A DNA stretch of 42,058 nucleotides, taken from Bdellovibrionales bacterium. Its GTDB lineage: Bacteria > Bdellovibrionota > Bdellovibrionia > Bdellovibrionales > JAMPXM01. The stretch lies in NCBI GenBank assembly GCA_043739185.1, contig JAYUEN010000252.1:1-42058 (forward strand), in the 5' to 3' direction. Every line of letters starts with the position of its first letter. Position 1 is the stretch's first letter. Shown here in pieces: positions 1-9,824 of the stretch. The position numbers and the translations under genes are program-made. The notes beneath the pieces were generated by a model, which worked only from the letters and a program-made list of their open reading frames with translations, was not told the origin of the DNA and did not search any database.

Positions 1-72
1 CCACTGCCCGCAAGCAGGGTCACCCAACTCTCGGAGCAATTCATGCAGCACTAATCAATCAAGCGCCGACTC

Positions 73-1593
73 TTGCGTAGGAACCTGAGCAGTTACATTT
101 ATTCTTTGGTTAAAAAAGATTGTAGTGTTCATTCTGGATTTGTTGTTCATCTCGAAGAATCGCAAATTCATCTTCTCAATTTGAGCGGGAAAAGAGAGAT
201 TTTAAACACCATAGAGATCAACAGTATTTTGGTATACAATGTGGTCTCTGATCCAATAGTGAATTTGGATATAAACGAAAATATTAATTTTTTGAGACGA
301 GTGACGGTAGGCGACGATCCTGAAGTCAGTTTCTTAGCCTGGCCCATTCGATTTATGGATTCACTTGTAATGTTTTATGATGAAGAGGGCAAGACCCATG
401 TCTTCGAAATGGATACGATTCATAAATTGAGATTTGTAAATAAAGAAGACGGCCAAGTTGAGTCCAAGCCTAAACTTCATTTGAAAGCCATAAGTCCAAA
501 CCTTGAGTTGGAGCGTGCGACTATTGCCTGCCCAGCTGTGGCTCAAGTTTCACCACAAAAACTGCCTGCTATTCGACCCACCCGTGTGCTATCGGATCAA
601 ATTAAAATTCAGCAGCTCATACAAGATCTTGAGGCTAATTTTCGTGAGCTTGAAAGCTTTCAAGAGAGAACTTTTCTTTATGCGAAGCCATACCTCTATG
701 ATAAAGATGATCGCTTTGGCTTTAATTATTTCCCGAATCGCCACGAGCGCGCTGCAGATCTTCCTATCTATATGCAATGGACGACGGGAAATCCATATCG
801 TTTTCAGAGTTCCAATGTGATTGGCTCTGCGGTGAATGAATTTGGGCCCAATGTAGAGCCCTATGCACAAATTCGCTCTGAATTAAAAGCCCATATTTTT
901 CACGCGCTTTTTGTAGGTAATTTGTCGGGTCTTTCTGAAGGATCGTCTCTTTTTGCAACTCAGGGTTTCGATTCGAACTCAGTGGTCAAAGATTGGGGCC
1001 AGACCGAATCTCAATTGGGTCTAAATTATATGGCTCTCATTGGTGGTGACTATGGTCCCTATTCGGTTTCTCTAGGTTCCTTTTTCCCATCTATTGGGAT
1101 TCGTTCGGGCAAAACTTACCGCGAAATTTTATCAACGCGCATATCTTATGCCTTGAGATTAATGAGGACCACGAAATCTTGGCGAATACGCGCGGTAGGT
1201 TCACTTTTTCATTTTGACTCACATTCTCCATCCGAGAGTGAGATTAGAACTGACTCATTGACAAGCTATACCAACTATTTAACACAATTCGATTTCAAAG
1301 GAAGTTTTTTAAGAGCCGGAGTCGACTATCAATACAAATCTCTTAAAGCCTCTGCTGACTATACGATAAGTGAGGGCGATTACTCTGAGTTAGGCCCCTC
1401 AGGTTCGCTTTCGCATTGGTTTGGTAAAAGTGCAATTTCGCTCAGCTTGAAAAATGAATTTGAATCAACCGTGGCCTTGGGTGGGCTTCTCAATATTAAC
1501 AATTTGAAAACACGTACCAAGCTTTCAGGAACGAGTGCGGACGACTCATCCTCTGATGTCAGATTCGGAGGCACGCTTGAATTTTTGTTTTAA
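73..1593 (+). CDS. Hypothetical protein, probable outer-membrane beta-barrel (paralog 1)
   Basis: 506-aa ORF. C-terminal half has alternating amphipathic strands and ends GGTLEFLF (terminal Phe). Alignable to the next ORF. The TTG start is uncertain and no clear signal peptide is visible. Confidence 0.7.
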   Translation: MRRNLSSYIYSLVKKDCSVHSGFVVHLEESQIHLLNLSGKREILNTIEINSILVYNVVSDPIVNLDINENINFLRRVTVGDDPEVSFLAWPIRFMDSLVMFYDEEGKTHVFEMDTIHKLRFVNKEDGQVESKPKLHLKAISPNLELERATIACPAVAQVSPQKLPAIRPTRVLSDQIKIQQLIQDLEANFRELESFQERTFLYAKPYLYDKDDRFGFNYFPNRHERAADLPIYMQWTTGNPYRFQSSNVIGSAVNEFGPNVEPYAQIRSELKAHIFHALFVGNLSGLSEGSSLFATQGFDSNSVVKDWGQTESQLGLNYMALIGGDYGPYSVSLGSFFPSIGIRSGKTYREILSTRISYALRLMRTTKSWRIRAVGSLFHFDSHSPSESEIRTDSLTSYTNYLTQFDFKGSFLRAGVDYQYKSLKASADYTISEGDYSELGPSGSLSHWFGKSAISLSLKNEFESTVALGGLLNINNLKTRTKLSGTSADDSSSDVRFGGTLEFLF

Positions 1594-3091
1594 GAATAAA
1601 CTTAAATTCGCTAAGTTTGCCTTCGCGCTCACAGTCTTATTGGGCACTCAAGCGAGAGCTCTCGATTTAGTCAGTCTTTATACGGCTTCGTGTGTCTCAG
1701 AAACCGGCGTGATTATGGCCGTCGATTCGCAGAATATCGCCCTGATGACAGTTGAAGGTCGTACGAAATATCTTCCTCGCTATGAAGTAATATATATGGC
1801 TTCATATTCACTAAATGAAATTCCTGTGAATCAACTCATCCTCAAAGATGCTCCCTACCATTTGATTATTCGAACGCGCCAAAACAATGAAATGCGAGAG
1901 CTGATTTCTGGCTGGCCGGTTGATTTTACCGAGAGTCGCATTGGGTTTTTAACTCTCGATGGGCGTGGCGCAGTCATTGAGCGTTCAAATATTTGGAATA
2001 TCGAAACCACCAACCGCGAGGACCTTCATTCGACGTCGGCTTCAGCTAAGAGGAATGAGCGTGTCGAACTCGTCCCGCCCTATCCGTTTGCGGAATGTCC
2101 GCGAGTGGTGCTCAATGCGCAGGGACAGGGGCATTTGCAAGTGGTCCCTGAGCGACTGCTTGGTGGCGCGGTAGAAATCAAAGAAGAGTTTGATCGCCTA
2201 ATGAAGGGCCATCAACAGATTGAATTTTATAAACGTCGGCAAAGTTACTATGCTGTCCCATTTGTTTTTAAAAAGAAATCGACGCTTGGTCTTTGGACTT
2301 CACTCGGATCGCGGCACGCACAATCGCAAAATCGCGACAATAATTTTCTGCCGTTATTGACCGATGAGCGCGGACGAGGACCCTTTAGTTTTCAACAAAA
2401 GTCCGTCACGGGAGTTGGGCCCATTTCCCAGGGTCTCCACGAAGAACCGCAATCACAATTTTCATATGAATTTAAATCCTCCTATATTCATTTTGGAGTC
2501 ATGCTAGATCCAAGTCTTTTTTTGGTAGGAAATCGTTACCGATGGAGTGCCGCAGACTTTAAGGAAAAAGTAGAGGATCGCGTGGCACAATCTAGTCAGG
2601 TTTATTTGGGTATTGGCTATAGCTCAATGGCGGTAAAATTTTACCCAGTCACAACCGGCGAAGTGGGAATTCAAGCCGCCAATCTTTTTGATCGCGATGT
2701 AGTAGGGCTTTCCTTACTCGGAATCTCCTTTCAAGCACCTGAACTATTTGCTGAAATTCTCTCGGGAGCCGGCGGCATTGATGGTTTTAGTATGAGTTTT
2801 TTTCGCGGCAATTTAGACTGGAATTTGGACTCTCGTACCCACCTTTTATTTTCTTATATAAATCGTCATATTCAAGATACTCCGAACGAAAATCGTGAGC
2901 GGTCCTTTGGATACGACGGCACAACGCAAAGTTTTTCAAGTTACTTCTATCGCCGATTTGCAAAGAGATTTGAGGGCGGAGCCTTTGCCTCATTTGAAAC
3001 TTATAGCAGTCTCTATGGAGCTTCAGTTCCGACTGAAAATTCGAAATCGAATCACATTAAAGGCGGCATTTATGCCGCGATTATTTTTTAA
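1577..3091 (+). CDS. Hypothetical secreted protein, probable outer-membrane beta-barrel (paralog 2)
   Basis: GGAGG at 1567-1571 precedes an in-frame TTG at 1577. Signal peptide KFAKFAFALTVLLGTQARA; ends GGIYAAIIF. Overlaps the end of paralog 1. Confidence 0.72.
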   Translation: MNFCFKNKLKFAKFAFALTVLLGTQARALDLVSLYTASCVSETGVIMAVDSQNIALMTVEGRTKYLPRYEVIYMASYSLNEIPVNQLILKDAPYHLIIRTRQNNEMRELISGWPVDFTESRIGFLTLDGRGAVIERSNIWNIETTNREDLHSTSASAKRNERVELVPPYPFAECPRVVLNAQGQGHLQVVPERLLGGAVEIKEEFDRLMKGHQQIEFYKRRQSYYAVPFVFKKKSTLGLWTSLGSRHAQSQNRDNNFLPLLTDERGRGPFSFQQKSVTGVGPISQGLHEEPQSQFSYEFKSSYIHFGVMLDPSLFLVGNRYRWSAADFKEKVEDRVAQSSQVYLGIGYSSMAVKFYPVTTGEVGIQAANLFDRDVVGLSLLGISFQAPELFAEILSGAGGIDGFSMSFFRGNLDWNLDSRTHLLFSYINRHIQDTPNENRERSFGYDGTTQSFSSYFYRRFAKRFEGGAFASFETYSSLYGASVPTENSKSNHIKGGIYAAIIF

Positions 3092-3186
3092 TTTTTGAAT
3101 ATAGGCCTATATAAAGATCAATCAAAAGCGAATTTGACCAAAGTGCCATCAGGTAGGTTCCAATTTATGGACAATAAAGAGAGTAA

Positions 3187-3720
3187 ATGTTAGCTCTACG
3201 GCAAATGAATATTAAAATTATTCCTTCCAATATCGAATATGCGCAGCTACTTCATCAGTGGCGTAACGAACCAATTACTTTGAAATTTAACCCAGTTAAG
3301 TCAAGAAGCTTGGGAGAGCTTCAAGAGATCTTATCAAAAACTCCTGTCGAATTGGCTCCGTTAGACAAAACTGTCTCTCAAAGATGGTTCATTAGCGTTG
3401 AAGGCAATTTGGTCGGTACAGTCTCGATGTCCGAAATAAATTCTATGATGGGAACAGCTGAAATTGGCTATATGATTGGTGAAGCCTATCATGGTCGTGG
3501 TATCGCCACCGAGGCCTTAAAACTTTGGACCTCAATGATATTTGAAAATACAGATATCAGAAAGCTAACAGCTTTCGTTGCAGAACAGAATCTTGCATCG
3601 ATACGAGTTATAGAAAAAGTCGGATACAAAAGAGAAGGACTCTTGAGAGAACATTATTTGGTACAAAATAAGCCCACAAACCAAATTATATTCGGATTAT
3701 TATGCAAAGAGTGGATTTAG
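3187..3720 (+). CDS. GNAT family N-acetyltransferase, RimJ/RimL type
   Basis: Motifs AEIGYMI, YHGRGIATEAL, NLASIRVIEKVGYKREG. Confidence 0.9.
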   Translation: MLALRQMNIKIIPSNIEYAQLLHQWRNEPITLKFNPVKSRSLGELQEILSKTPVELAPLDKTVSQRWFISVEGNLVGTVSMSEINSMMGTAEIGYMIGEAYHGRGIATEALKLWTSMIFENTDIRKLTAFVAEQNLASIRVIEKVGYKREGLLREHYLVQNKPTNQIIFGLLCKEWI

Positions 3721-3962
3721 CATTTTCGCATTCATTTTATTTCTCGGCGACTTTAGTTGTGGCAACCAAGATTTCTCTGGGGGCCTAAAGAATTCTTGGG
3801 TGACTTCAAGTTTGAAAATCTCGGCGCATGAACAAAAAACTTTTTTGAAACATCTAGTTTTGTTGTGTTCTGAGAAATTTTCTTGGAGCTCATTTTTTTT
3901 TGAATTATATTGAGCTCAGCTTATGTAAATCCTATTTAACTTTGCTTTATAGGGAGACTCTT

Positions 3963-4448
3963 GTGAAAGCCTTTATTTTCGTTTTTTTGATCTCGTCTTC
4001 AGTTTTTGCATCAAACTTTGAATATTCGGCATTTACTGGTATTTGGCTATTGGATTCAGGAATTTCACCAATCAACTGTGTGCTCAATTACAGAGGACCA
4101 ATGCAGCTTATTGGGGATGCTGAAAATCATAATGTACGAGGATATTTCAAAGATGGCTATCGAATCGAAATTGCAAATATCAACGAGGGCGCCATTAAGT
4201 TCAATTCGTGCTGGTCAGACGGCATAATGGGATATTCAGAAGTCGTGGGTGAGGGAACCAGGCTCACTGATACAATCGTGTATCAGGACGGAGGCTTCTT
4301 TTGTTTGGGCGGTTCAGAGGTTCGTAGAAGTGTCGACCAATTTGAACTAAAAGATAATTTGTTTGTAATGAATCTTGTATCCAGAATGGGCACGACAAAT
4401 TTTTTGCTCGGACAAAGTGAAGTCTGTACCTTTAAACGAATTCAATAG
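3963..4448 (+). CDS. Secreted hypothetical protein (small beta-rich, 4 Cys)
   Basis: AGGGAG RBS before GTG 3963. Signal peptide VKAFIFVFLISSSVFA. Confidence 0.65.
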   Translation: MKAFIFVFLISSSVFASNFEYSAFTGIWLLDSGISPINCVLNYRGPMQLIGDAENHNVRGYFKDGYRIEIANINEGAIKFNSCWSDGIMGYSEVVGEGTRLTDTIVYQDGGFFCLGGSEVRRSVDQFELKDNLFVMNLVSRMGTTNFLLGQSEVCTFKRIQ

Positions 4449-4532
4449 CCGATGATTTTTGGCTTTGAATTTTAGTCCCAATATCAACGTCTTAATTCGG
4501 CATATTATGAAATGTTAGCAGGCACTTTGGAA

Positions 4533-4606
4533 TAGGGGCTGCAAGACTTGAACTTGCGATCCTCCCGTTATGAGCGGGATGCTTTAACCAACTAAGCTAA
4601 ACCCCC
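4533..4606 (-). tRNA. tRNA with CAT anticodon, probably tRNA-Ile2 (lysidine-modified) or elongator Met; CCA not encoded
   Basis: Minus strand GGGGGTT-TA-GCTT-AGTTGGTTA-AAGC-A-TCCCG-CTCATAA-CGGGA-GGATC-GCAAG-TTCAAGT-CTTGC-AGCCCCT-A folds as a cloverleaf. Lacks the initiator GGG/CCC anticodon stem. Lies downstream of rpoD, as ileX does in E. coli. Confidence 0.93.
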
Positions 4607-4660
4607 ACAGGTTTGCAGAGCGCAGCTCATAGGAGCTACTGACCCTGCTTAGCTATCAAA

Positions 4661-6487
4661 CTACGAATCAATAAAGGCTTTTAATTTACCAGATCGACTT
4701 GGATGGCGCAACTTACGAAGTGCCTTCGCTTCAATCTGACGAATGCGTTCTCTGGTCACGTTGAAATCTTGTCCCACTTCTTCAAGAGTGTGATCGGATT
4801 CTTCGCCGATACCAAATCGCATACGCAAAACTTTTTCTTCTCTTGGAGTCAAAGTCGCAAGTACTCTGCGCGTTTGTTCTGCCAAGTTTAAGTTCACAAT
4901 CGCCTCAGAGGGATTGATCACTTTTTTATCTTCAATGAAATCTCCAAGATGTGAATCTTCTTCTTCTCCAACTGGAGTCTCAAGACTGATTGGCTCTTTG
5001 GCAATTTTCAAAACTTTACGAACCTTGTCGACTGGCATATCCATTTTTTCGGCGATCTCTTCAGGCTGTGGCTCGCGGCCAAGTTCTTGAACGAGATAGC
5101 GGCTAGTACGAACAAGTTTGTTGATCGTTTCAATCATATGCACAGGAATACGAATCGTACGCGCTTGATCAGCAATGGCGCGGGTGATGGCTTGGCGAAT
5201 CCACCAAGTGGCATAAGTTGAAAACTTATAACCCCGACGATATTCAAACTTATCAACAGCTTTCATCAAGCCGATATTGCCCTCTTGAATGAGATCTAAG
5301 AATTGCAAGCCGCGATTGGTGTATTTTTTGGCGATTGAAACCACAAGGCGTAAGTTTGCTTCAACAAGTTCGGCTTTGGCGGCATCGGCTTCGCGTTCAC
5401 CCTTCCAGATGGCGGTATAAGTGTCGCGAATCCAGGTGAAATTCATTTCAGTTTCGTCGAGAATTCGTTGCATACGCTTTTCAGCGTCGACAGCTTCGGT
5501 ATAGTACTGGTGTAACTTTTGAAAATTCAAACCGGTTTCACGTGTAAACTTAACCAGCTCTTTTTCGTTGCTCTCGATCACTTTGTATTTTGCACTGAGG
5601 CCAGCAACATCTGCTGAGAAAGTTTTTTGCACGCCTTCACGCATACGTCTGCGAAGAGCGGTCATGCGATTCACGAGATTTTTAAACTTAATCACAATGC
5701 GATTGATGGTCTTACGATTAAAATTGATGCTTTCGAAATTGGTCATCAATTCGTCATTGAAAACCATCAAGTCTTTTTCGGCATCCGCTTTATTTTTAGG
5801 ATTTACTTTTTCATCACGCAAGATCTCAAAAGCTTTTGCGGCCTTCTTTTGATAATTGGTTACTTCGCCAATTAGCTGGTGAATCTTTTCAATGTATTCT
5901 TGCTCGTCATATTGGGTTTCTTCATCTTCAAGACCGCGAAAAATTGCTTTAACTTTGATGCGGCCTTCATCGAGACGTTTACCCAACTGAATGATCTCAA
6001 AACTTCCGACTGGAGAAAGCAAAATCGCTTTTACGATTTCTCTTTCGCCCTTTTCGATACGTTTCGCAATTTCAACCTCACCCTCACGAGTGAGGAGAGA
6101 AACGCTACCCATTTTACGCAAATAAAGCCGTACAGGGTCATTACCCTTGTTCTCTTCCTCGTCGACCTTTTCATCTTCGTCAGACTCTTCTTCGTCCTTA
6201 TCAGGATCGCCCAAGAAAGCCCCAGTCTCGTCATCCGTGTCTTTCTTTTGTGATAGGTCTGTAATTACTACACCATTGACTTCAAGTGCTTGCATAAAAG
6301 AATCGAGAACCGATGCATCTAGAATTTCAGGCGGTAACATCTCATTGATTTCTTCAATAGTGATGAAACCTTTTTCTTTGGCTAGCTTTATAAAGCGTTG
6401 ATTTTCTTCTTTAATTAAAGCTTGCTGCTCACCTAAAGTGAGGACTTTAATTTCGCTTAAACTATTTTCTTGCGTGCTATTTGCCAT
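4661..6487 (-). CDS. rpoD: RNA polymerase primary sigma factor
   Basis: [11 protein letters not shown] (region 1.2), [43 protein letters not shown]. Confidence 0.99.
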   Translation of the reverse strand: MANSTQENSLSEIKVLTLGEQQALIKEENQRFIKLAKEKGFITIEEINEMLPPEILDASVLDSFMQALEVNGVVITDLSQKKDTDDETGAFLGDPDKDEEESDEDEKVDEEENKGNDPVRLYLRKMGSVSLLTREGEVEIAKRIEKGEREIVKAILLSPVGSFEIIQLGKRLDEGRIKVKAIFRGLEDEETQYDEQEYIEKIHQLIGEVTNYQKKAAKAFEILRDEKVNPKNKADAEKDLMVFNDELMTNFESINFNRKTINRIVIKFKNLVNRMTALRRRMREGVQKTFSADVAGLSAKYKVIESNEKELVKFTRETGLNFQKLHQYYTEAVDAEKRMQRILDETEMNFTWIRDTYTAIWKGEREADAAKAELVEANLRLVVSIAKKYTNRGLQFLDLIQEGNIGLMKAVDKFEYRRGYKFSTYATWWIRQAITRAIADQARTIRIPVHMIETINKLVRTSRYLVQELGREPQPEEIAEKMDMPVDKVRKVLKIAKEPISLETPVGEEEDSHLGDFIEDKKVINPSEAIVNLNLAEQTRRVLATLTPREEKVLRMRFGIGEESDHTLEEVGQDFNVTRERIRQIEAKALRKLRHPSRSGKLKAFIDS

Positions 6488-6546
6488 TTGTGTGAGCTCT
6501 CCAAAGTCTTTTAAAAATCTTCAAAATCAATATAATCGATATAAAA

Positions 6547-8412
6547 CTAGCTTTGCGGTTTCTCCAAAGACAGTCGTTTTCTTTGTACATTCATAAACTG
6601 TTCCAACTGTTCGGGAGTACTTTGATCTCGCAATTGATGAACAAAAAGTTTGGCCTGATTTTTGAGGTAGCGACGTTTAATCGCTCTCTGATAATCATCC
6701 ATCAATTTGGTGCTTTCAGACGAAAGAGCCTCTACCGGCGGTTTTAGCGCAGTAGACTCGAGCATAAATGTAAGAACATCTGAAGAATCTAAAATAATCG
6801 CCACCCAGCTAGCTAGCCTATCAAAAATTTTTGTCTCTTGTCTATACTTTGCGATGATCGCCTCAAGCACCCGACGCGAGCCAGCGTGTGTGAAAAATTG
6901 CCCGAAGTCGAGAGAGATAATTTCAATCAGGCTTTGCTCTGAGTTTAAGGCCAAGGCGATCATTCCCAATTCATCCTTTGGAGCGTCCTTAAGCGAGATC
7001 TTTTGTAGTGTTTGATCGGGGACTTGGGGCTCAACTGCAGAGGGCTCCGTATTTTGAGACACCCCGGCTTCAACTTTTGGTGAATACATTTTTGTCTTTG
7101 CCTCTAGATTTCTTTGAAATTCAGCCAGGCTTCGGTTGATCCAATTGAGTTCGACATCAAGTCTGCGTACTAGCTCTTGAATATAAAGCTCTTTAAGCTG
7201 GCGATTCGGCATCGCAATGAGAATGGGTGCTGCCTTTTGAAGGATCTTAAGTTTATCACTTGCGTTAGCCTGGTATTCTCTCATCCACCTGGTTAATACC
7301 CATAAAAATAAATCCTGGGCTGATAATAATCGATTCTTGAGCTCGTCGACTGAGTATTTTTTAATAAAATCGTCAGGGTCTAGCCCTTCAGGAAGGGGAC
7401 AAGCCTTAGGCAGCAGATCGGCCTGTAGTAATACCGGAAGACTCTTCTCCGCCGCATTCATACCGGCTTCGTCGCCATCTAAAAGCATGGTCACATGTTG
7501 CGAATATTTTTTAATAAGCTTGGCATGCTCAGGGGTAAATGCCGTTCCGAGAATTGCCGCGATATTTTTGATGCCTGAAGCATAAAGTGAAATGGCATCC
7601 ATATAGCCTTCAACCAAAATGGCCGATTGCTCAGAGCGAATGAATTTGGCGGTTTCGTGAAGGCCATACAGCGTTGAGCCTTTGTGAAAAACCGGGGTCT
7701 CTTTGCTGTTTAGATATTTGGGCTCGCCATTTGCGAAGATGCGACCGCCAAAACCAATCACATCGCCCATTGGAGAAAAAATCGGGAATATGATGCGCTC
7801 GTGAAAAAAATCATAATATTTATTGGCACCAGTTTTCGGAACACCCAATAGATTTAGCTTTTCAGCTTGCGCTAAAGAAATAGCTTTATCTGTAAAATAC
7901 GAAGTGAGGTCCTGCCAGCCCAAATCAACTCCGAGCCGAAACTTTTCGACGACCTCAAGCGCAATGCCTCGCGATTTCATATAGGCTTTCGCTGGGTGAT
8001 CAGGTTCTAGACCAAGCAGAGATTGATAAAAAAAGACAGCGGCAGTTTTATTAATTTTAAGAAGGGTCTCTTTGTCAGTATAATCTTTGGCTTGTTGTTT
8101 GGTTGCCGTCTGGCGCTTTGGAATATCGATGCCAGCCAGTTTTGCCAAATACTCAACCGACTCAGGAAAATTATAGCCATTGTAAGATTGCAAATACTGA
8201 AAGGCATTGCCGCCACGCTTGCAGCCGAAGCAATAGTAAAGCTGACGATCGGGATTGACTGAAAAGCTTGGAGTTTTTTCATTGTGATCCGGAAACGGAC
8301 AGCAGCCCCAAAGTCTGCCGCCCTTCTCTTTCAGGCTCACAGAGCTTGAAATTAGGTCTTCTAACTTCGTAGAAGTCAGAACTTTCTCAATAAAGTTTTG
8401 GTCAAAACTCAT
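6547..8412 (-). CDS. dnaG: DNA primase
   Basis: CHC2 zinc finger (CPFPDH..YYCFGC), GFGGR, PKYLNS, VEGYMD, TOPRIM DGDEAG, DPDD. Confidence 0.98.
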   Translation of the reverse strand: MSFDQNFIEKVLTSTKLEDLISSSVSLKEKGGRLWGCCPFPDHNEKTPSFSVNPDRQLYYCFGCKRGGNAFQYLQSYNGYNFPESVEYLAKLAGIDIPKRQTATKQQAKDYTDKETLLKINKTAAVFFYQSLLGLEPDHPAKAYMKSRGIALEVVEKFRLGVDLGWQDLTSYFTDKAISLAQAEKLNLLGVPKTGANKYYDFFHERIIFPIFSPMGDVIGFGGRIFANGEPKYLNSKETPVFHKGSTLYGLHETAKFIRSEQSAILVEGYMDAISLYASGIKNIAAILGTAFTPEHAKLIKKYSQHVTMLLDGDEAGMNAAEKSLPVLLQADLLPKACPLPEGLDPDDFIKKYSVDELKNRLLSAQDLFLWVLTRWMREYQANASDKLKILQKAAPILIAMPNRQLKELYIQELVRRLDVELNWINRSLAEFQRNLEAKTKMYSPKVEAGVSQNTEPSAVEPQVPDQTLQKISLKDAPKDELGMIALALNSEQSLIEIISLDFGQFFTHAGSRRVLEAIIAKYRQETKIFDRLASWVAIILDSSDVLTFMLESTALKPPVEALSSESTKLMDDYQRAIKRRYLKNQAKLFVHQLRDQSTPEQLEQFMNVQRKRLSLEKPQS

Positions 8413-8473
8413 AGTCCCCGGATCTCGTTAGGCTTTGAAAATATTCAATCGACGTAAGAAACGAATCGGTGCC

Positions 8474-8926
8474 TTATTGCAGAGTCGCTTTAACTAGTTC
8501 ACTCACAATTTTATTGTCCGCAGTTCCGCCTGAGCGTGCGATGACTTCTTTCATAACCGAGCCCATTTCCTTAACACTTTTCGCTCCCAAATCAGCAATC
8601 ACCTTTTTTACAAGTGTTTCGATTTGGCCACGATCCATTTGGGCGGGCATATAGGTTTCAAGAAGGCTGAGCTCTTTGCTTTCGGCATCTACGAGATCTT
8701 GACGTTTTGCTAATTGAAATTGCTCGATGGATTCTTTACGTTGTTTGACGAGTTTTTTTAAAATATTTAAATAGTCGTCTTCAGTGATGGGATTAGGGCG
8801 TAGTTCAATTTCTCGGTTTTTAAAAGCCGATTGTACCATGCGGAGGGCATTAAGCTTATCCATCTGTTTGGACTTCATTGCAGCTTTCATATCAGTCGCA
8901 ATTTGGTCTTTAAGTGATACGGACAT
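8474..8926 (-). CDS. yqeY: GatB/YqeY domain protein
   Basis: DMKAAMKSK, KQRKESIEQF, YMPAQM, EMGSVMK. AAGAGGTG RBS before ATG 8926. Typical position between rpsU and dnaG. Confidence 0.93.
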   Translation of the reverse strand: MSVSLKDQIATDMKAAMKSKQMDKLNALRMVQSAFKNREIELRPNPITEDDYLNILKKLVKQRKESIEQFQLAKRQDLVDAESKELSLLETYMPAQMDRGQIETLVKKVIADLGAKSVKEMGSVMKEVIARSGGTADNKIVSELVKATLQ

Positions 8927-8942
8927 AAGGCACCTCTTGAAT

Positions 8943-8979
8943 AAAAAAGCCTGCAAAGCTTTAAAAGACCCCTGCAGGC
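8943..8979 (-). terminator. Intrinsic terminator/attenuator after rpsU
   Basis: Minus strand GCCTGCAGGG...CTTTGCAGGC stem followed by TTTTTT. Analogous to the terminator between rpsU and dnaG in E. coli. Confidence 0.7.
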
Positions 8980-9000
8980 AGTTAAAATTAAATCTTCAAA

Positions 9001-9204
9001 CTACTCAGTGAAAGTTTGTTTCTTTTGTTTTTTGAGAAGACGTTTGCGAGCAGAAATTGACTTCTTTTTCAAACGTACGCTCGGTTTTTCGTAATTTTCA
9101 CGTTTCTTGATATCAGAAAGGATTCCGCCTTTTTCACAAGCCTTTTTAAATCTTCGGAACGCTTGTTCAAAGCTTTCGTTGTCACGAATGCGAATGAGTG
9201 CCAT
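9001..9204 (-). CDS. rpsU: 30S ribosomal protein S21
   Basis: [13 protein letters not shown]...YEKPS. Confidence 0.97.
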   Translation of the reverse strand: MALIRIRDNESFEQAFRRFKKACEKGGILSDIKKRENYEKPSVRLKKKSISARKRLLKKQKKQTFTE

Positions 9205-9312
9205 TAAAATTCACCATCCTCTCAAAAAAATAGGAATAATTGGTGTATCAGAATTGCCATGCTCTGACAAACAACTTGACAAAAACTTGAGCAGAAAATA
9301 CCCGGTACTGCG

Positions 9313-9786
9313 ATGCGTGAATCAGAAGAAAATGACCTGAAATGGATGAAAGCGGCTTTAAGCCTGGCTGAAAAGGCAGCACAACTAGGTGAAATTCCAG
9401 TTGGCGCGATTGTAGTTTGCAATGGGGCCGTTGTTGGAGAAGCTTACAACCTCAAAGAAGCCCAAGCCAATCCGCTCGCGCATGCAGAATTGATTGCGAT
9501 CAAACAGGCTTCGGAGCGCCTGAAAGCTTGGAGGCTTTCAGGGTGCACGCTTTATGTGACGCTTGAGCCCTGCGGAATGTGTGCCGGGGCACTTGTACAA
9601 AGTCGAATTGAGCGCGTGGTGTACGGCACTCGTGACCCTAAAACCGGGGCGGTGCACTCACTTTATCAGATGCTTTCAGATCAGCGATTAAACCATCAGG
9701 TTGAAGTAACCGACGGAGTATTGGCCGAAGAGTCGCAAAGTCTCCTTAAGAAATTCTTCGCGGAGCTTAGGAAAAAGAAAGCTTAG
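9313..9786 (+). CDS. tadA: tRNA adenosine(34) deaminase
   Basis: GEIPVGA, HAE, YVTLEPCGMCAGA, DPKTGA, LNH. Confidence 0.95.
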   Translation: MRESEENDLKWMKAALSLAEKAAQLGEIPVGAIVVCNGAVVGEAYNLKEAQANPLAHAELIAIKQASERLKAWRLSGCTLYVTLEPCGMCAGALVQSRIERVVYGTRDPKTGAVHSLYQMLSDQRLNHQVEVTDGVLAEESQSLLKKFFAELRKKKA

Positions 9787-9824
9787 CTGGCCTACCCATG
9801 TTTCTGGCCCATGCTTCGGGGGCT

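Noticed and set aside
12..40. 11-mer matches to the rpoD-tRNA spacer (AAGCAGGGTCA) and to 24889 (CTCGGAGCAAT)
   Set aside because: Matches of this length are expected by chance in 42 kb and do not extend.
2..88. 3' end of an upstream gene (HCPQAGSPNSRSNSCSTNQSSADSCVGT*)
   Set aside because: Open frame overlapping the TTG at 73 is plausible but too short to support.
3753..3893. 46-codon minus-strand ORF (MSSKKISQ...)
   Set aside because: No RBS, no recognisable features.
1..4532. Genomic island integrated at the tRNA 3' end
   Set aside because: No integrase and no duplicated tRNA 3' end found in the window.
4703..8282. Many 60-120 aa ORFs antisense to rpoD and dnaG (and similar ones across the window)
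   Set aside because: Shadow ORFs of well-supported genes.
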